Shown here: piece after piece, positions 32,267 through 43,513 of the stretch
How positions within the stretch are numbered: position 1 is the stretch's first letter
How the letters are laid out: every line of letters starts with the position of its first letter
Assembly: GCA_024278595.1 (NCBI GenBank)
Contig: JAJRSW010000099.1
Location: forward strand, 5,573-69,572
Direction of reading: 5' to 3'
Length of the DNA stretch: 64,000 nt
DNA from: Fidelibacterota bacterium
GTDB lineage: Bacteria > Fidelibacterota > UBA8477 > JABMPR01
Translations under genes and position numbers: made by a program
The notes under the pieces: model-generated
Seen by the model: only the letters and a program-made list of their open reading frames with translations
Database searches by the model: none
Told to the model about the DNA's origin: nothing

Positions 32267-34387
32267 TTAAAAACCATAGGTGGCACTTAACCGCAGGGAA
32301 CGACCCGGTTCTGGATATCCACGGATACTTTCATACTGGAGATTTCCAATATTATCACCGGCTAACACCAGGGTGAATGCTCCAAGCTCACTGAACCAGG
32401 TCCGGGCCACACTGAGGGACCAGATCTCAGAAGCCCCAAGGATAGTATCCTCGGGATAATCGTACATACTGATCCGGTGAGAGACATAATTATACTGAAG
32501 ATTGAATTCCAGCTCATCTGGCGACCAGGTAAGGCCAAAGGCAGATGTCCGGTGAGGGGCATATCTTAGAGTTTTGTTCAGCGTATGATCCCTGGTATGG
32601 ATCAGGCTTAGATGGGCAAAGGCGGACAAGTGATACCCGGGATGGTGGATCTGCCACATGGCCTTGCTGCTTTCCCTGGTGGCTGATTGAACATTACCCG
32701 GTTGCCAATATGAGTGTACGGGCATCCATTGAATTAGATTGGTGCTCTCCTTTTTCTGCCACTGAAAAATAAGCTGACCCATGACCTGCAGGTCCAGATG
32801 AAGTTGAGCAGTGGTCACCTGCGTTTCTTCCGCTTTTAGGTCAGGATTACCCCCCGGTTCCCAAAACTGGTCATTAAAGCTGGGATATCTATACAACTCA
32901 CCTCTACTCACAGCAAGCCGGTTCAATGGTCCTAACTTAAAGGGAATCTGGAGCTGCAGGTTCGTGAGCATCTGTCCGTACAGCTCAGGGCTAAAATGAT
33001 AATTTAAAGCCGGGATCAGTTTCAGTCCCCTGGAAAACTGAAATATTGGGGCAATGGAGAGCACCAGGCTCACTCGGGAATGGTTGTTAGTGGCACTGCT
33101 GGCGATCAGATCCTGATTGAGGTTGAGATCGGTCAGAAGGACCAGTTTCTGGCCCACGGTTTGTTCGTTTCTTAATCCGAGATGGAAACTTTGCAGGCGG
33201 TGATCACTCTTCAGGTTCAAATACGGATTGACATAGGTCTCTCGGGAGCGTCGTAAGTTTAATTGCAAATGAGTATTACCGCTGGGTCGGATCCATCCAA
33301 AAGTTGAGCCCAGGAGCTGGAGTTGATCCTCCCGGTGGGAGATGGTATCCGGGGACCACACCAGCCCGGCAACACCGCGAGCCTGATGGGAGCTCATGGT
33401 TGTAAACTGCCAATACAGATCAGGACGCAGCATCCCCATGAACCTGAGTGCAACAAACTTCTGGGTCAGGTCATTGTTCTTTCTAAAACTTTCCGTATCA
33501 CTCCAAACCACCGGGTAATTGCCTGCTTCACGACGTTGTCCAAACTGAAGCGAGCTTCGGAATCCAGCGATCTGTTTTCTAAGGTTTACATCGTAGGCCA
33601 GATGACCGAAACTTCCGGTACTGAACGATAGATGGTTCGGCTGATCGCCTGTTTCCAGTTTTACGATCCCATCACTGCTGCCACTGCCAGTTTGAGCAAT
33701 GTCATAGGGGCTGTAATTCATGGCTTCCAGAAAGGGCAGGGGCAATTGAGAGATATCGGCTTCACCGTTCTGAGCCGAGGTGATATCGATGCCGTTTACC
33801 AGGACCCTGGTGTGGGAGCTGGGGCCACCATCCATGCTCAAGGTGCTGATACCCGCTGGTCCACCATAGGTCTTGATGGTAATACCAGGTATTCTATTTA
33901 ACGTTTTACTATGGTCCACTGTCCCAGCACCCCTGGTTTTGGTATATTCACTAAGTGGTGACGCGGCTGCGGAGGTTCCGGATAGGCTTTTTCCAATCAC
34001 TTCAACGGATTCCAGTGACATGACCAGGGGACTGAGTCTGACCTCTCCCAGTTGGAGCAGTTCGTCCGATGATAGAATTCTTTGCACATAACCAATCCGC
34101 TGAACCATGACCGAGTCATGTGGACTTATGGGGGCCGTGTAGCTGTATTGTCCATGCTCATCTGAGAGCAGGAATATTGCTGAATGCTTGAACACCAGGG
34201 ATACATAGGGGACAGATCGACCTTCCAGGTCAAGGGTGTATCCCTGAATGATGAAATTTCTATGCGGTTTATTAGGTGTAGCATGACCAGTGGAAAATGA
34301 GAATAGCAGAATGAGCAGGGCATAAAAAAAGCCCCGTCTCAAGGTGGGGCTGGCGTCTGAATGTTTCCTGGTTCTCAGGCTGATCAT
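32267..34387 (-). CDS. TonB-dependent outer-membrane receptor with an N-terminal carboxypeptidase-regulatory-like domain
   Basis: 706 aa. It has a signal peptide and the CarbopepD_reg-like segment FIIQGYTLDLEGRSVPYVSLVF, followed by a plug and barrel. The C-terminus ...SLRLSATYGF has a terminal aromatic. Confidence 0.85.
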   Translation of the reverse strand: MISLRTRKHSDASPTLRRGFFYALLILLFSFSTGHATPNKPHRNFIIQGYTLDLEGRSVPYVSLVFKHSAIFLLSDEHGQYSYTAPISPHDSVMVQRIGYVQRILSSDELLQLGEVRLSPLVMSLESVEVIGKSLSGTSAAASPLSEYTKTRGAGTVDHSKTLNRIPGITIKTYGGPAGISTLSMDGGPSSHTRVLVNGIDITSAQNGEADISQLPLPFLEAMNYSPYDIAQTGSGSSDGIVKLETGDQPNHLSFSTGSFGHLAYDVNLRKQIAGFRSSLQFGQRREAGNYPVVWSDTESFRKNNDLTQKFVALRFMGMLRPDLYWQFTTMSSHQARGVAGLVWSPDTISHREDQLQLLGSTFGWIRPSGNTHLQLNLRRSRETYVNPYLNLKSDHRLQSFHLGLRNEQTVGQKLVLLTDLNLNQDLIASSATNNHSRVSLVLSIAPIFQFSRGLKLIPALNYHFSPELYGQMLTNLQLQIPFKLGPLNRLAVSRGELYRYPSFNDQFWEPGGNPDLKAEETQVTTAQLHLDLQVMGQLIFQWQKKESTNLIQWMPVHSYWQPGNVQSATRESSKAMWQIHHPGYHLSAFAHLSLIHTRDHTLNKTLRYAPHRTSAFGLTWSPDELEFNLQYNYVSHRISMYDYPEDTILGASEIWSLSVARTWFSELGAFTLVLAGDNIGNLQYESIRGYPEPGRSLRLSATYGF

Positions 34388-34711
34388 TCCGGTCCCTTTG
34401 CTCGCGAAGGTTCATGAAGAGTGAGTGCTTAGCATAAGTATCCTGACTTCCAGATCATCCTCCGTAGATGCCTTCCCTCATTATTGAAGTGGCAATTATC
34501 TACATCGTCCCTGGTTACAGTAGCGCGACTGTGCCCGATTTTCACGAGCTTCCTTGTGCTAAGATCTATTTACAAAAATCGCTGTTAGGTTATTCTGAAA
34601 TGAAGCGGTTGTCAATTCATTTGTTTGGGGTTTTATTGATTGCCAGTAAAAATGCAACCACGGATTACACAGATTTGTTTTTTGGTTTGGATGTTTGGGG
34701 TGTTTGGTAGA

Positions 34712-34740
34712 GACGCAATGCCTTGCGTCTCTACAGAATT
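34712..34740 (-). terminator. Perfect 12-bp stem hairpin between the RlmL-like gene stop and the TonB-receptor gene start
   Basis: gtagagacgcaa-tgcc-ttgcgtctctac, 28 nt downstream of the 34768 stop on the minus strand. It lacks a clear U-tract. Confidence 0.5.
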
Positions 34741-34767
34741 GCCCCCAATTTGGAAAATCAGATAGAT

Positions 34768-35946
34768 TTAATACATCACAAATTTAGCAAACCGGCCATC
34801 CAGACCACCATTCATCAGTGGCTTTTTCCATTCCGGTCGTAGGCCAATGTTTTTTAAATATTTGCGTTCCCCAAAATAGATATAGGCTTCACTACCCGCA
34901 CATTTATGTTTGAGCCAGTCACCTAAATTCTGATAGAATTCTGAAAGATCCTGACCCCGTTTTAGTCTGATCCCATAGGGTGGGTTCATGATCAGGGTGA
35001 CACCCTCCGTATTGCCAATGTCCTGGTAATCTTTCCGATGGGTATAGATCCCAGCACCACCAGGCAGGTGTCCCAGATTGCGTTTAGCGACCCGCATGGC
35101 ACTGGGATCGATATCAGAAGCCTGGATCGGTACCTGCTCCAGCGACTGAAAATTATTATCCATACCTTTCCGGATTCGTTTCCACAGCGCTGGGTCATAA
35201 TCGGGTAAGCGTTCGAAACCGAATGATTTCCTGAAATATCCAGAAGAGAGCTTGGTAAGCTGCATATAGGCTTCGGCCGCCAGGGTACCCGACCCGCACA
35301 TGGGATCGATGAGGTTCTTTTCACCGGTCCAACCGGTAAACTGGATCAGGGCTGCTGCCAAAGTCTCCTGCATGGGTGCTTCAACCGTATCCAAACGGTA
35401 GCCCCGGCGGTGCAGGGAACTCCCGCTGGTGTCAATACTGATAACAGCGCGATTATTCTCGATGTGCAGGTTGAACCAGATATGGGGGAATTTAGGATCC
35501 ACATTGGGTCGCCGCCTGAGTTTGTCCTTAAAGCGATCAACAATGGCGTCTTTCAGTTTCAACGAGGCGTACTGCGAATGGGTGATCTGACTATTACTTA
35601 CCTGGGCAAAAATAGCAAAGGTTTGATCCGGGGAGAAGATCTCTTCCCAGGGGATATCCATGGCGGTCTTGTATAAATACTTTGCGCTGTGGCAATCGAA
35701 AGAAAGGAGAGGGGCCAGAACTCTGGTGAGCAGTCGTGATCCGTAGTTGATCCTGTATAAGGCTGCTTTATCAGCAGAAAAATAGAGCCCCCGATAGCGC
35801 TGTTTGATGCTGGTAGCACCCAGATCTTTTATTTCTGTAGCTGCGAGTTCTTCAAGACCATTAGCCACCTGGGCAAAAAAGTGTCCTGTTTTAAGATATT
35901 GAAATTCCATTTTTGCCTCAAAAATTTGCCAGCCGCGGATTTTCAT
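34768..35946 (-). CDS. THUMP-domain class I SAM-dependent RNA methyltransferase (RlmL/RlmKL-like, rRNA guanine-N2 methyltransferase family)
   Basis: 392 aa. It has an N-terminal THUMP-like region, GSGTLAAEA (SAM motif I) and IMNPPYG (N6/N2 MTase motif IV). Confidence 0.8.
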   Translation of the reverse strand: MKIRGWQIFEAKMEFQYLKTGHFFAQVANGLEELAATEIKDLGATSIKQRYRGLYFSADKAALYRINYGSRLLTRVLAPLLSFDCHSAKYLYKTAMDIPWEEIFSPDQTFAIFAQVSNSQITHSQYASLKLKDAIVDRFKDKLRRRPNVDPKFPHIWFNLHIENNRAVISIDTSGSSLHRRGYRLDTVEAPMQETLAAALIQFTGWTGEKNLIDPMCGSGTLAAEAYMQLTKLSSGYFRKSFGFERLPDYDPALWKRIRKGMDNNFQSLEQVPIQASDIDPSAMRVAKRNLGHLPGGAGIYTHRKDYQDIGNTEGVTLIMNPPYGIRLKRGQDLSEFYQNLGDWLKHKCAGSEAYIYFGERKYLKNIGLRPEWKKPLMNGGLDGRFAKFVMY

Positions 35947-36040
35947 AGATAAACGCGGGATTTGTTAAATTTATAAAATTACCTATGATGATTGCATTTA
36001 AGTAACGGTGATTTGATGAAAAATACCAGAACACTTTTAG

Positions 36041-36211
36041 CCTGAATAATTCATAGCCACTCAGTCACGAAGACAAAGTTTAAAAAATATATGCTTAGCA
36101 ATAATTATCACTCACAGATGCAAATAATTCTGTTTAAAATGACCTTGTTCATAACTTTAATAATCTTCCTAGCTTAGTGTCGTGGCAATAATTCATGAAT
36201 GATGCGGTTAG
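36041..36211 (+). repeat. Copy B of the ~175-bp family-1 repeat. The CCTGAATAATTCAT end faces the RlmL-like gene start 95 bp away.
   Basis: About 90% identical to 55706-55883 and to the reverse complement of 25481-25663. Confidence 0.85.
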
Positions 36212-36348
36212 AAAGGATCATTTTATCTTGCTTTTTAATACCACTTTCGCCCATCTCGACAGGTGGTTCCTGAGTTCAGTCGAGGGTCGCAAAGCAGTGC
36301 TCCGCAAATTTAGTGCGAGCACAATATTCTCGATGATAAGTGTTTGGT

Positions 36349-38181
36349 CTAGTCATTCAATCGTTTTTCTTTGCGCATTTGAGAGAGTCGCTTATTGGGA
36401 TCCAGTTCCATCTTGCGAATTCTGATATTCTCTGGGGTGATCTCCACCAATTCATTCTCAGAAATGAATTCAATGGCTTGATCAAGCGTAAGGACCTTTG
36501 GTTTGCGCAGGGTCACCGTGGCGTCAGCGTTGGCGCTGCGCATATTGGTGAGCTTCTTTTCGCGGGTAATGTTCACATCAAGATCACCCGGTCGATTACG
36601 TTCCCCAATGACCATGCCACCATAGACTGAGGTTCCCACTTCAATCTGCAGCTCTCCGCGATCTTCCATACTCAGGCTGGCATAAGCAGTCACTTTACCA
36701 GGACGATCAGACACCAGGGCACCTGTTTTACGTTGGGGGATGGCACCGAACCATGGTTCATAGCCTTCCATGATGGTATTCATCACACCGGCTCCTTTGG
36801 TGTCAGTCATAAAAGTTGAGCGAAAGCCGATGAGGCCGCGAGAAGGAATCCGAAATTCCAGATTGACCCGACCACTGCCATGGTTGATGATATTGACCAT
36901 CCGACCTTTTCGCGCTGACAGTTTCTCAGACATAACCCCCACAAATTCCTCAGGAATGTCCAGGTAGAGCATCTCAACCGGTTCGTTTACGGTTCCGTCG
37001 ATTTCCTTGGTGATGACGCGTGGCTTGGAGACCATGAATTCGTAGCCTTCGCGTCGCATGGTCTCGATGAGGATGGCCATCTGTAACTCACCGCGCCCCT
37101 TCACCTCAAAGGCATCAGCACGGCCGATTAGCTGCTGAATATGCAAAGCGACATTCAGACGCATTTCTTTTTCAAGACGAGCCAGGATATGGCGGGAGGT
37201 GAGATATTTTCCGTCCTGACCGGCGAAAGGGCTGGTGTTGACGTAAAAGATCATGGATACGGTGGGTTCATCGACTTCGATCCTGGGCAGAATCGCCGGA
37301 TTCTCGATCGAGGTTACCGTGTCGCCGATGGAAATAGAATCGATCCCGGCAAAGGCGATGATGTCACCGGCCTCTACTTCTTCAACCTGTTGGCGACGAA
37401 GACCATCAAAGGTATAGAGGGCCGAAAATTTCACATTAGGCGTGTGTTTATGCTCACCGGCCAGCAGATAATTCTTATTCATTTCCAAGGTACCATTGTT
37501 CAACCTGCCAATAGCGATCCGACCGACATAGGCGTCATAATCAAGGTTAGCGATGAGGAACTGGGGAACATGATCATCTTCTGCTTCCGGTCCGGGGATA
37601 TAGTCTAGTATGGCATCAAATAAGGGTCGCAGGTCGGTCGAATCATCATCTAATTCAAGGTGCGCCACACCCTCTTTTGCGATGGTATATAGAATGGGAA
37701 AATCGATTTGTTCTTCTTCCGCGTCCAGGTCAATAAAGAGATCATAAACTTCATTGATGACTTCGTCGATGCGTGAGTCGAGGCGGTCTATCTTGTTGAT
37801 AACCAGCATAATTTTGATATTCTTCTCAAGTGCTTTCTTAACTACGAAACGAGTCTGTGGCAGGGGACCCTCACTGGCATCGACCAGCAGAATTGCACCA
37901 TCGACCAGGCTAAGGCCACGTTCAACTTCACCGCCGAAATCGGCATGTCCCGGGGTATCGATGATATTGATCTTTACATTGTTGTAGGTGATGGCAGTAT
38001 TTTTGGCGCTAATGGTAATCCCACGTTCACGTTCCAGATCCATGCTGTCCATGACCCGGTCAGTCAATTCCTGATTTTCCCGGAAAATGCCACTTTGACG
38101 GAGCATCCAATCTACCAGGGTGGTCTTGCCATGATCAACGTGGGCGATGATGGCGATATTTCTAAAATTCTCTTTACGCAT
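36349..38181 (-). CDS. typA: Translational GTPase TypA/BipA
   Basis: 610 aa. N-terminus [24 protein letters not shown] carries the G1-G4 motifs of an EF-G-like domain. Confidence 0.95.
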   Translation of the reverse strand: MRKENFRNIAIIAHVDHGKTTLVDWMLRQSGIFRENQELTDRVMDSMDLERERGITISAKNTAITYNNVKINIIDTPGHADFGGEVERGLSLVDGAILLVDASEGPLPQTRFVVKKALEKNIKIMLVINKIDRLDSRIDEVINEVYDLFIDLDAEEEQIDFPILYTIAKEGVAHLELDDDSTDLRPLFDAILDYIPGPEAEDDHVPQFLIANLDYDAYVGRIAIGRLNNGTLEMNKNYLLAGEHKHTPNVKFSALYTFDGLRRQQVEEVEAGDIIAFAGIDSISIGDTVTSIENPAILPRIEVDEPTVSMIFYVNTSPFAGQDGKYLTSRHILARLEKEMRLNVALHIQQLIGRADAFEVKGRGELQMAILIETMRREGYEFMVSKPRVITKEIDGTVNEPVEMLYLDIPEEFVGVMSEKLSARKGRMVNIINHGSGRVNLEFRIPSRGLIGFRSTFMTDTKGAGVMNTIMEGYEPWFGAIPQRKTGALVSDRPGKVTAYASLSMEDRGELQIEVGTSVYGGMVIGERNRPGDLDVNITREKKLTNMRSANADATVTLRKPKVLTLDQAIEFISENELVEITPENIRIRKMELDPNKRLSQMRKEKRLND

Positions 38182-38419
38182 TCAATTCCTTTCGGGAGGA
38201 TCCACCTGAGCGAAGCGCCACAAAAATAAGCAGTTAAAAAAGCGCGTGCAGGATGCGTTTGAAAGTGGCTGATTCCAATAAGAAAATAGGAGATCGAGGT
38301 GAAAGGGGAAAATGGCTGTCTTGTTGTTAACCGCGAGCAGTGTTAGTTATAAGTTGAGTTTTGGTTATTACCACTAAACCCCCTTAATAGTCCTATTGTG
38401 AAAGTAGGCTTTCAACTTA

Positions 38420-38545
38420 ACCTGAATTATTCACCAGAAAAGGTACAATGAATTACAAGTATGTGATAATATTAAAGATGGATAATTTATTCTTGTTTGG
38501 ATGTTAGAATACTTATTTCCAGCACTAATCTTTCTATCTTTAATA
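38420..38545 (+). repeat. Degenerate partial copy (D) of the family-1 repeat. The CCTGAATTATTCAC end faces the typA start.
   Basis: cctgaattattcacc ... tctttctatctttaataatatc parallels cctgaataattcatagcc ... gttcataactttaataatcttc of copies B and C. Similarity is weak. Confidence 0.3.
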
Positions 38546-38701
38546 ATATCAGCGTATATCAGCGGCTAATTTAAGTGGTATGAATTAATGAGGTTAAATA
38601 GGTTCTTGCTCAGCAAGCCATTGGATTAGCAGAGAACCGTGCTAAATTCCTGCTTGTCTGAATGATAACGAAGTGTACTAATATCTGATGGGAGGTTCCA
38701 G

Positions 38702-39292
38702 ATGTCCGCAATGTACCTTGAGATGGTTAAGCTCTTATTTGTAGTTGGTGGCTTTATTGCCCTTTGCATGGGTGTCCTCCTGTTTGTTAGGCCAGAGATG
38801 GTCCAGGGGCTCAATCAGGCTGGTAATAAATGGTACTCCGCCAGGAAGAGTACCAAGCCGCTGGACATTGTTCGTGATACCAATTCATTTTACTTTAACA
38901 ACAATCAGCTCATCGGTACGATCATGCTGGTGGCTTCAATATTAGCATTTTATCTGATATATACTCGCATCCCCACGACTGATCAATACCTGGCAGTTGT
39001 GGGAAATGCCAGTTCAGCTATGGGGGTTGGAATCCTCCTGGAATCCCTACGATTGGTACTATTGGTCATTACTATCCTGGGCTTCCCGGTGTGGGGCTTA
39101 TTGATATTTAAACCAGAGACCTTGAAGTTGGTCAACACGTATCTTGATAAGTGGATCTCCACCAGATTACTACTACTCCCGCTGGAGCAGATGAATAGCA
39201 GTTTTGATGGGTATGTTGTGCGCAACAATCGCATCTTTGGAGGTTTCTTTATCCTTGGAGCAATCTTTATTCTGTTCAATTTTCTCAGGTGA
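38702..39292 (+). CDS. Hypothetical membrane protein (196 aa, 4-5 TM)
   Basis: Hydrophobic ORF with a GGGAGG RBS upstream. No family recognised. Confidence 0.5.
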   Translation: MSAMYLEMVKLLFVVGGFIALCMGVLLFVRPEMVQGLNQAGNKWYSARKSTKPLDIVRDTNSFYFNNNQLIGTIMLVASILAFYLIYTRIPTTDQYLAVVGNASSAMGVGILLESLRLVLLVITILGFPVWGLLIFKPETLKLVNTYLDKWISTRLLLLPLEQMNSSFDGYVVRNNRIFGGFFILGAIFILFNFLR

Positions 39293-39333
39293 TTTTAGTT
39301 CAAACTTTACCCGTTCATATCCGTCAGTAATTC

Positions 39334-40056
39334 ATGACTGCAAAAGCAAACAAGATCTATGCAGTATTTATTGGTCATCGTCCTGGCTTATATGTGAGTT
39401 GGAATGATGCCTCTGCTCAAGTACAGGGATTTAAGGGGGCTAAATATAAAAGTTTTACCCAGCGCGAAGCGGCTGTTCAGTGGTTAAGAGAATGCGTGTT
39501 GGCGGCCAGTGGTCCAGTAGATGAAAAGCTGATCACTCTGCTCAAATCAGCCAGTTCATCCATAACAACTGATCCAGCTGCAGCGGAATGGGGGAAGATC
39601 ATCATTCACACTGATGGGGGAGCCTCGCCGAACCCTGGAAAAGGGGGCTATGGGGTGGTGCTACAGCAGGGGCGACTACGAAAAGAATTGTCTGCCGGCT
39701 TTAATTTGACCACCAATAACCGCATGGAAATGTTGGCTGTGATCGTGGCTCTGGAAGCCTTGAAAGATCCATCGACAGTGGTGCTGCACACAGATTCAAA
39801 ATATGTGGTTGATTCGATCTCGAAGCGTTGGGTCTATGGGTGGCAAAAGCGGGGATGGAAAAAATCAGACGGAAAGCCCGCTGTTAACATTGATCTTTGG
39901 CAAAGGTTATTACCGCTGTTAAAAGAACATAAAGTCGAGTTCAAGTGGGTCAAAGGTCACGCTGGCAATGTGGAAAATGAGCGTTGTGATACTTTGGTCA
40001 GTGAAGCTAGGCAAGCATCAGACCTGCTACAGGATACTGGATATTCTGCGGGCTGA
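39334..40056 (+). CDS. rnhA: Ribonuclease HI with an N-terminal hybrid-binding (caulimovirus VI-like) domain
   Basis: 240 aa. The N-terminal KIYAVFIGHRPGLYVSWNDASAQVQGFKGAKYKSFTQREAAVQWL is the HBD. The RNase H core is IIIHTDGGASPNPGKGGYGVV...NNRMEMLAV...HTDSKYVV...WVKGHAGNVENERCDTL. Confidence 0.85.
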   Translation: MTAKANKIYAVFIGHRPGLYVSWNDASAQVQGFKGAKYKSFTQREAAVQWLRECVLAASGPVDEKLITLLKSASSSITTDPAAAEWGKIIIHTDGGASPNPGKGGYGVVLQQGRLRKELSAGFNLTTNNRMEMLAVIVALEALKDPSTVVLHTDSKYVVDSISKRWVYGWQKRGWKKSDGKPAVNIDLWQRLLPLLKEHKVEFKWVKGHAGNVENERCDTLVSEARQASDLLQDTGYSAG

Positions 40057-40178
40057 ATATTCCTGGTTAACATGATGTTCTTGTTGTTAATAGCTCCAGC
40101 CTCGAATTCTTCGGACAAATACTAATTGCAGTTCTAAAGTGGTTATTAAGTCCCAAATAATTATTATTATTCACAAAC

Positions 40179-40336
40179 TGGACGCCCCGCAGAAAGTCCC
40201 TCTCGCAGAGATCGCAGAGACGCAGAGTGTTGTTATTTATGAGTTTAGATGTGTATGCTGTATGTGATTGTATTTATACGACTTAGGGTATATTTAATGC
40301 TTTCGCAGCTACTTTTTGCGGGTTCGTCAAACTTTG
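40179..40336 (+). repeat. Family-2 MITE-like element (copy 2, short form without the 24-bp array)
   Basis: ctggacgccccgcagaaagtccctctcgcagag ... ctactttttgcgggttcgtcaa. Both TIRs are present and the AT-rich arm is homologous to the copy at 32005. Confidence 0.8.
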
Positions 40337-40570
40337 AATACGAAGCATGTTGTCGACGGGCAGGAAAACTGGAAAAGATGACGAAGTTACCGCCAGTCTG
40401 GAGCTGAAACTGGCATAAACCTAACCCGCATATTTCATGAGGAATAGATCGTGAACCCTCATGAAATATGAGAGCCAGACGCCTAGTTCAGGAAAATCCC
40501 TATACTCAAGGCAATCGACAACAGTATATTGATCGCGATGCATGGATATTATCACTCACAATAATTTTCT

Positions 40571-43471
40571 GTGATCGGAAAGACGTTAACCACAAATGAT
40601 CTGGAGTTATTTATGAATATTGACCTGCTTATTCTAAGCTCTGAGGTCTTGTTCTTTTATACCATAGTGCTGGGTTTGCATGCTTTGCGACGCCGAGTCA
40701 CCCTGGTTCCACTCTTGGCCCTAATGGGTGGTATTAGCGCCATAATGTACTGGGTTTCTGCCACAGGTCTTAGTGTTGAACTCCTCGGCCTCTCATTTTT
40801 TGTAAGCTCGACCGTCTTTTATACCTCATTATTGCTGGGAGTTTTTGTTATCTATCTTTTTGATGGGCCAGTAGCTACCAGAAATTCGATCGTGGTAATC
40901 ATTGCTGTGTCGGCGATGGTTCCGTTGATCAACCTGGGCTTGAACCTTCAAGCGGAATTGTCTGGTACTCCCATATTAGCTAATCTGCCAATGGCAAACC
41001 TGAGGATAAATTCGGTCTCGGTAATAGCGACTCTGATTGACCTTATATTTCTGGCGATCCTCTGGGAATATTTGAGTAAGTTAACATTCAATATTCCGCT
41101 CTATTTGCGTATCTATCTAACCCTACTAAGCATCATGTGGCTGGATGTACTTTTATTTGGAACCGGTGCTTTTGCCGGGTCGGGTTTTTACTGGGATTAC
41201 CTTAAAAACACTCTGTTAAGCCGGTTCATTATTTCAATCTTCACCTTTCCCATTCTCTGGGCATACATCGTCTGGCAGAATTCCAGACACAAGATCAGTG
41301 TCCAGGCAAGACCAGCCTGGAGGGTGCTTGGTGACATGGCGGAGATGAAACAGGAACTGCTGACCGCCAAACAGGAGTTGGCAGAGCAGAAAAAAAACGA
41401 AGATGTGATCCGCGAAAGTGAATTGCGATTTCGAAATTTATTTGAATATGCTCCCGTGGCACTATGGGAGGAGGATTTCTCTGTTGCCAAGGAAATTCTA
41501 AAACAACTTCAGACAGACGGGATTGTCGATATTGGGCAGTATCTGGACGATAACCCGGATGTCCTGGCCGATCTTGTACAAAAAGTCCGTATTGTTAATT
41601 GCAATCAAGCAGCCCTTGACCTGCACCAGGCAAAGGATAAAGCAGATCTTTATGAAAATCTGGATAATATTTTCACTCCGGAGTCATTTGTTACATTCAA
41701 GGCAGAGATGGTCGCCATTGCTGAAGATCAAAACGAGTTTGAATCTGAAGCAATTCTAAAAACAATTCAGGGTGAAGAACGCCATGTCCAATTAAAGTTG
41801 ATCACGTTGCGTACTGATGTACGCGACTACTCACGTACCTTGGTGGTAACTGCTGATATTACAGGGAACAAACTAGCCGAAGTAGCACTCAGGGATAGTG
41901 AAAAGAAGTTTCGGGATCTATTTGAAAAATCAGGTGATGCCAATTTGATCATTAGGAATGACCAGTTTGTGGACTGTAATCAGGCGACAGTGACCATGCT
42001 TGGTTATCTGAATAAAGCAGAAATGTTAAACACACACCCCGCCGAATTAAGTCCTGATGAGCAGCCTGATGGTCAAAAATCATTTGCAAAAGCTGAAGAA
42101 ATGATGCGTATTGCCGTCGCGAAAGGCAGTCATCGCTTTGAGTGGGTGCATCGGCGACAAAATGGAGCTACCTTTCCGGTGGAAGTCTTGCTGACTTTGA
42201 TCTCGGGTGATGGAGAGAACAAAATTATTCACACTGTTTGGCGAGATATCACCAGGCGTAAGCAGGCTGAGCAAGAAAAACTGGATTTCGAAAAAAAGAT
42301 CCTCCAAACTCAAAAGTTGGAAAGTTTGGGTGTGTTAGCTGGGGGGATCGCCCATGATTTTAATAACATTCTCATGGGGATATTGGGGTATGCAGATTTA
42401 GCTCTGTCATCTCTCAGTCCTTCATCACCAGCCAAAGAATATGTGGAGGGGATCAATAGCGCTTCCCGCAAGGCGGCCGATCTGATCAAACAAATGCTGG
42501 CGTATTCTGGTAAAGGGAAATTCACTCTGGAATCCATCAACCTCAATCATCTCATCCAGGAAACGGTTCAGATGTTGAGCATATCCATCTCCAAGAATGC
42601 AGTATTGAAATTTAATTATGCCCAGGACCCCGTCGTGTTGGAAGGTGATCCTTCCCAGATTCGCCAGATCATCATGAACCTGGTGATAAATGCTTCCGAA
42701 GCGATTGAGAAACACAGTGGGGTGATATCCCTGTCCACGGGTCAGATGTACTGTGACCAGGACTATATCGACAGTACCGGCTTTGCGGAGAAAGTCTCCC
42801 GGAAAGAGCCGCTGATTGAAGGCCTGTATGCATTTGTAGAGGTCTCAGATACTGGGATCGGTATGTCAAAGGATACAATTCATAGAATATTTGACCCTTT
42901 CTTTACCACTAAATTCACAGGCAGGGGGCTGGGATTATCAGCGGTACTTGGTATAGCCAATGGGCATCATGGTATGGTCAAGATCTATTCAGAAGAACAT
43001 AAGGGAACCTCGTTTAAAGTTCTGTTTCCATTGTATGAGGGCTCGATTGACGTCAATAAAATCAATGCATCCGAAGAGTTGGCAGAAAAATGGCAGGGTC
43101 GGGGTACCATCTTGATCGCGGACGATGAAGAAGCTGTCCGCAGCATTGGGAAGCACATGATCAGGAAACTGGGGTTTGAAGTATTGACTGCTGCGGATGG
43201 CCAGGAAGCTATTGAATTATTCAAGCAACACAGGAATGAAATTGTTGGCGTATTATTGGACTTAACCATGCCGCATAAGGATGGGGCAGAGGTCTTTCAA
43301 GAAATTCGTGGGATCAACCCTGATGTAAAAGTGATCCTGTCAAGTGGCTATAATGAGCAGGATGCCACCCAGCAATTTATTGGGAAGGGGCTGGCTGGTT
43401 TTATCCAGAAACCTTATGTCTCTGCGGATCTGGTAAAAAAAATAAAAGAGGTTATGGGTCAGGATTCATAG
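40571..43471 (+). CDS. Hybrid sensor histidine kinase: N-terminal polytopic membrane domain, PAS/PAC repeats, HisKA, HATPase_c and a C-terminal receiver domain
   Basis: 966 aa. About 8 TM segments in residues 1-220. A coiled coil is followed by PAS regions. H-box GIAHDFNNIL. G-boxes DTGIGM and GRGLGLS. Receiver ILIADDEEAV...VLLDLTMPHKDG. Confidence 0.9.
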   Translation: MIGKTLTTNDLELFMNIDLLILSSEVLFFYTIVLGLHALRRRVTLVPLLALMGGISAIMYWVSATGLSVELLGLSFFVSSTVFYTSLLLGVFVIYLFDGPVATRNSIVVIIAVSAMVPLINLGLNLQAELSGTPILANLPMANLRINSVSVIATLIDLIFLAILWEYLSKLTFNIPLYLRIYLTLLSIMWLDVLLFGTGAFAGSGFYWDYLKNTLLSRFIISIFTFPILWAYIVWQNSRHKISVQARPAWRVLGDMAEMKQELLTAKQELAEQKKNEDVIRESELRFRNLFEYAPVALWEEDFSVAKEILKQLQTDGIVDIGQYLDDNPDVLADLVQKVRIVNCNQAALDLHQAKDKADLYENLDNIFTPESFVTFKAEMVAIAEDQNEFESEAILKTIQGEERHVQLKLITLRTDVRDYSRTLVVTADITGNKLAEVALRDSEKKFRDLFEKSGDANLIIRNDQFVDCNQATVTMLGYLNKAEMLNTHPAELSPDEQPDGQKSFAKAEEMMRIAVAKGSHRFEWVHRRQNGATFPVEVLLTLISGDGENKIIHTVWRDITRRKQAEQEKLDFEKKILQTQKLESLGVLAGGIAHDFNNILMGILGYADLALSSLSPSSPAKEYVEGINSASRKAADLIKQMLAYSGKGKFTLESINLNHLIQETVQMLSISISKNAVLKFNYAQDPVVLEGDPSQIRQIIMNLVINASEAIEKHSGVISLSTGQMYCDQDYIDSTGFAEKVSRKEPLIEGLYAFVEVSDTGIGMSKDTIHRIFDPFFTTKFTGRGLGLSAVLGIANGHHGMVKIYSEEHKGTSFKVLFPLYEGSIDVNKINASEELAEKWQGRGTILIADDEEAVRSIGKHMIRKLGFEVLTAADGQEAIELFKQHRNEIVGVLLDLTMPHKDGAEVFQEIRGINPDVKVILSSGYNEQDATQQFIGKGLAGFIQKPYVSADLVKKIKEVMGQDS

Positions 43472-43513
43472 ACGCCATTCTTCTAATCAAGAGTGGTCAG
43501 GTGAATTTTGAAT

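Noticed and set aside
34388-34700. Cobalamin riboswitch upstream of the TonB-dependent receptor
   Set aside because: The B12-box core GCCACUG is not found. Only GCCACUU is present, and the other conserved blocks are absent.
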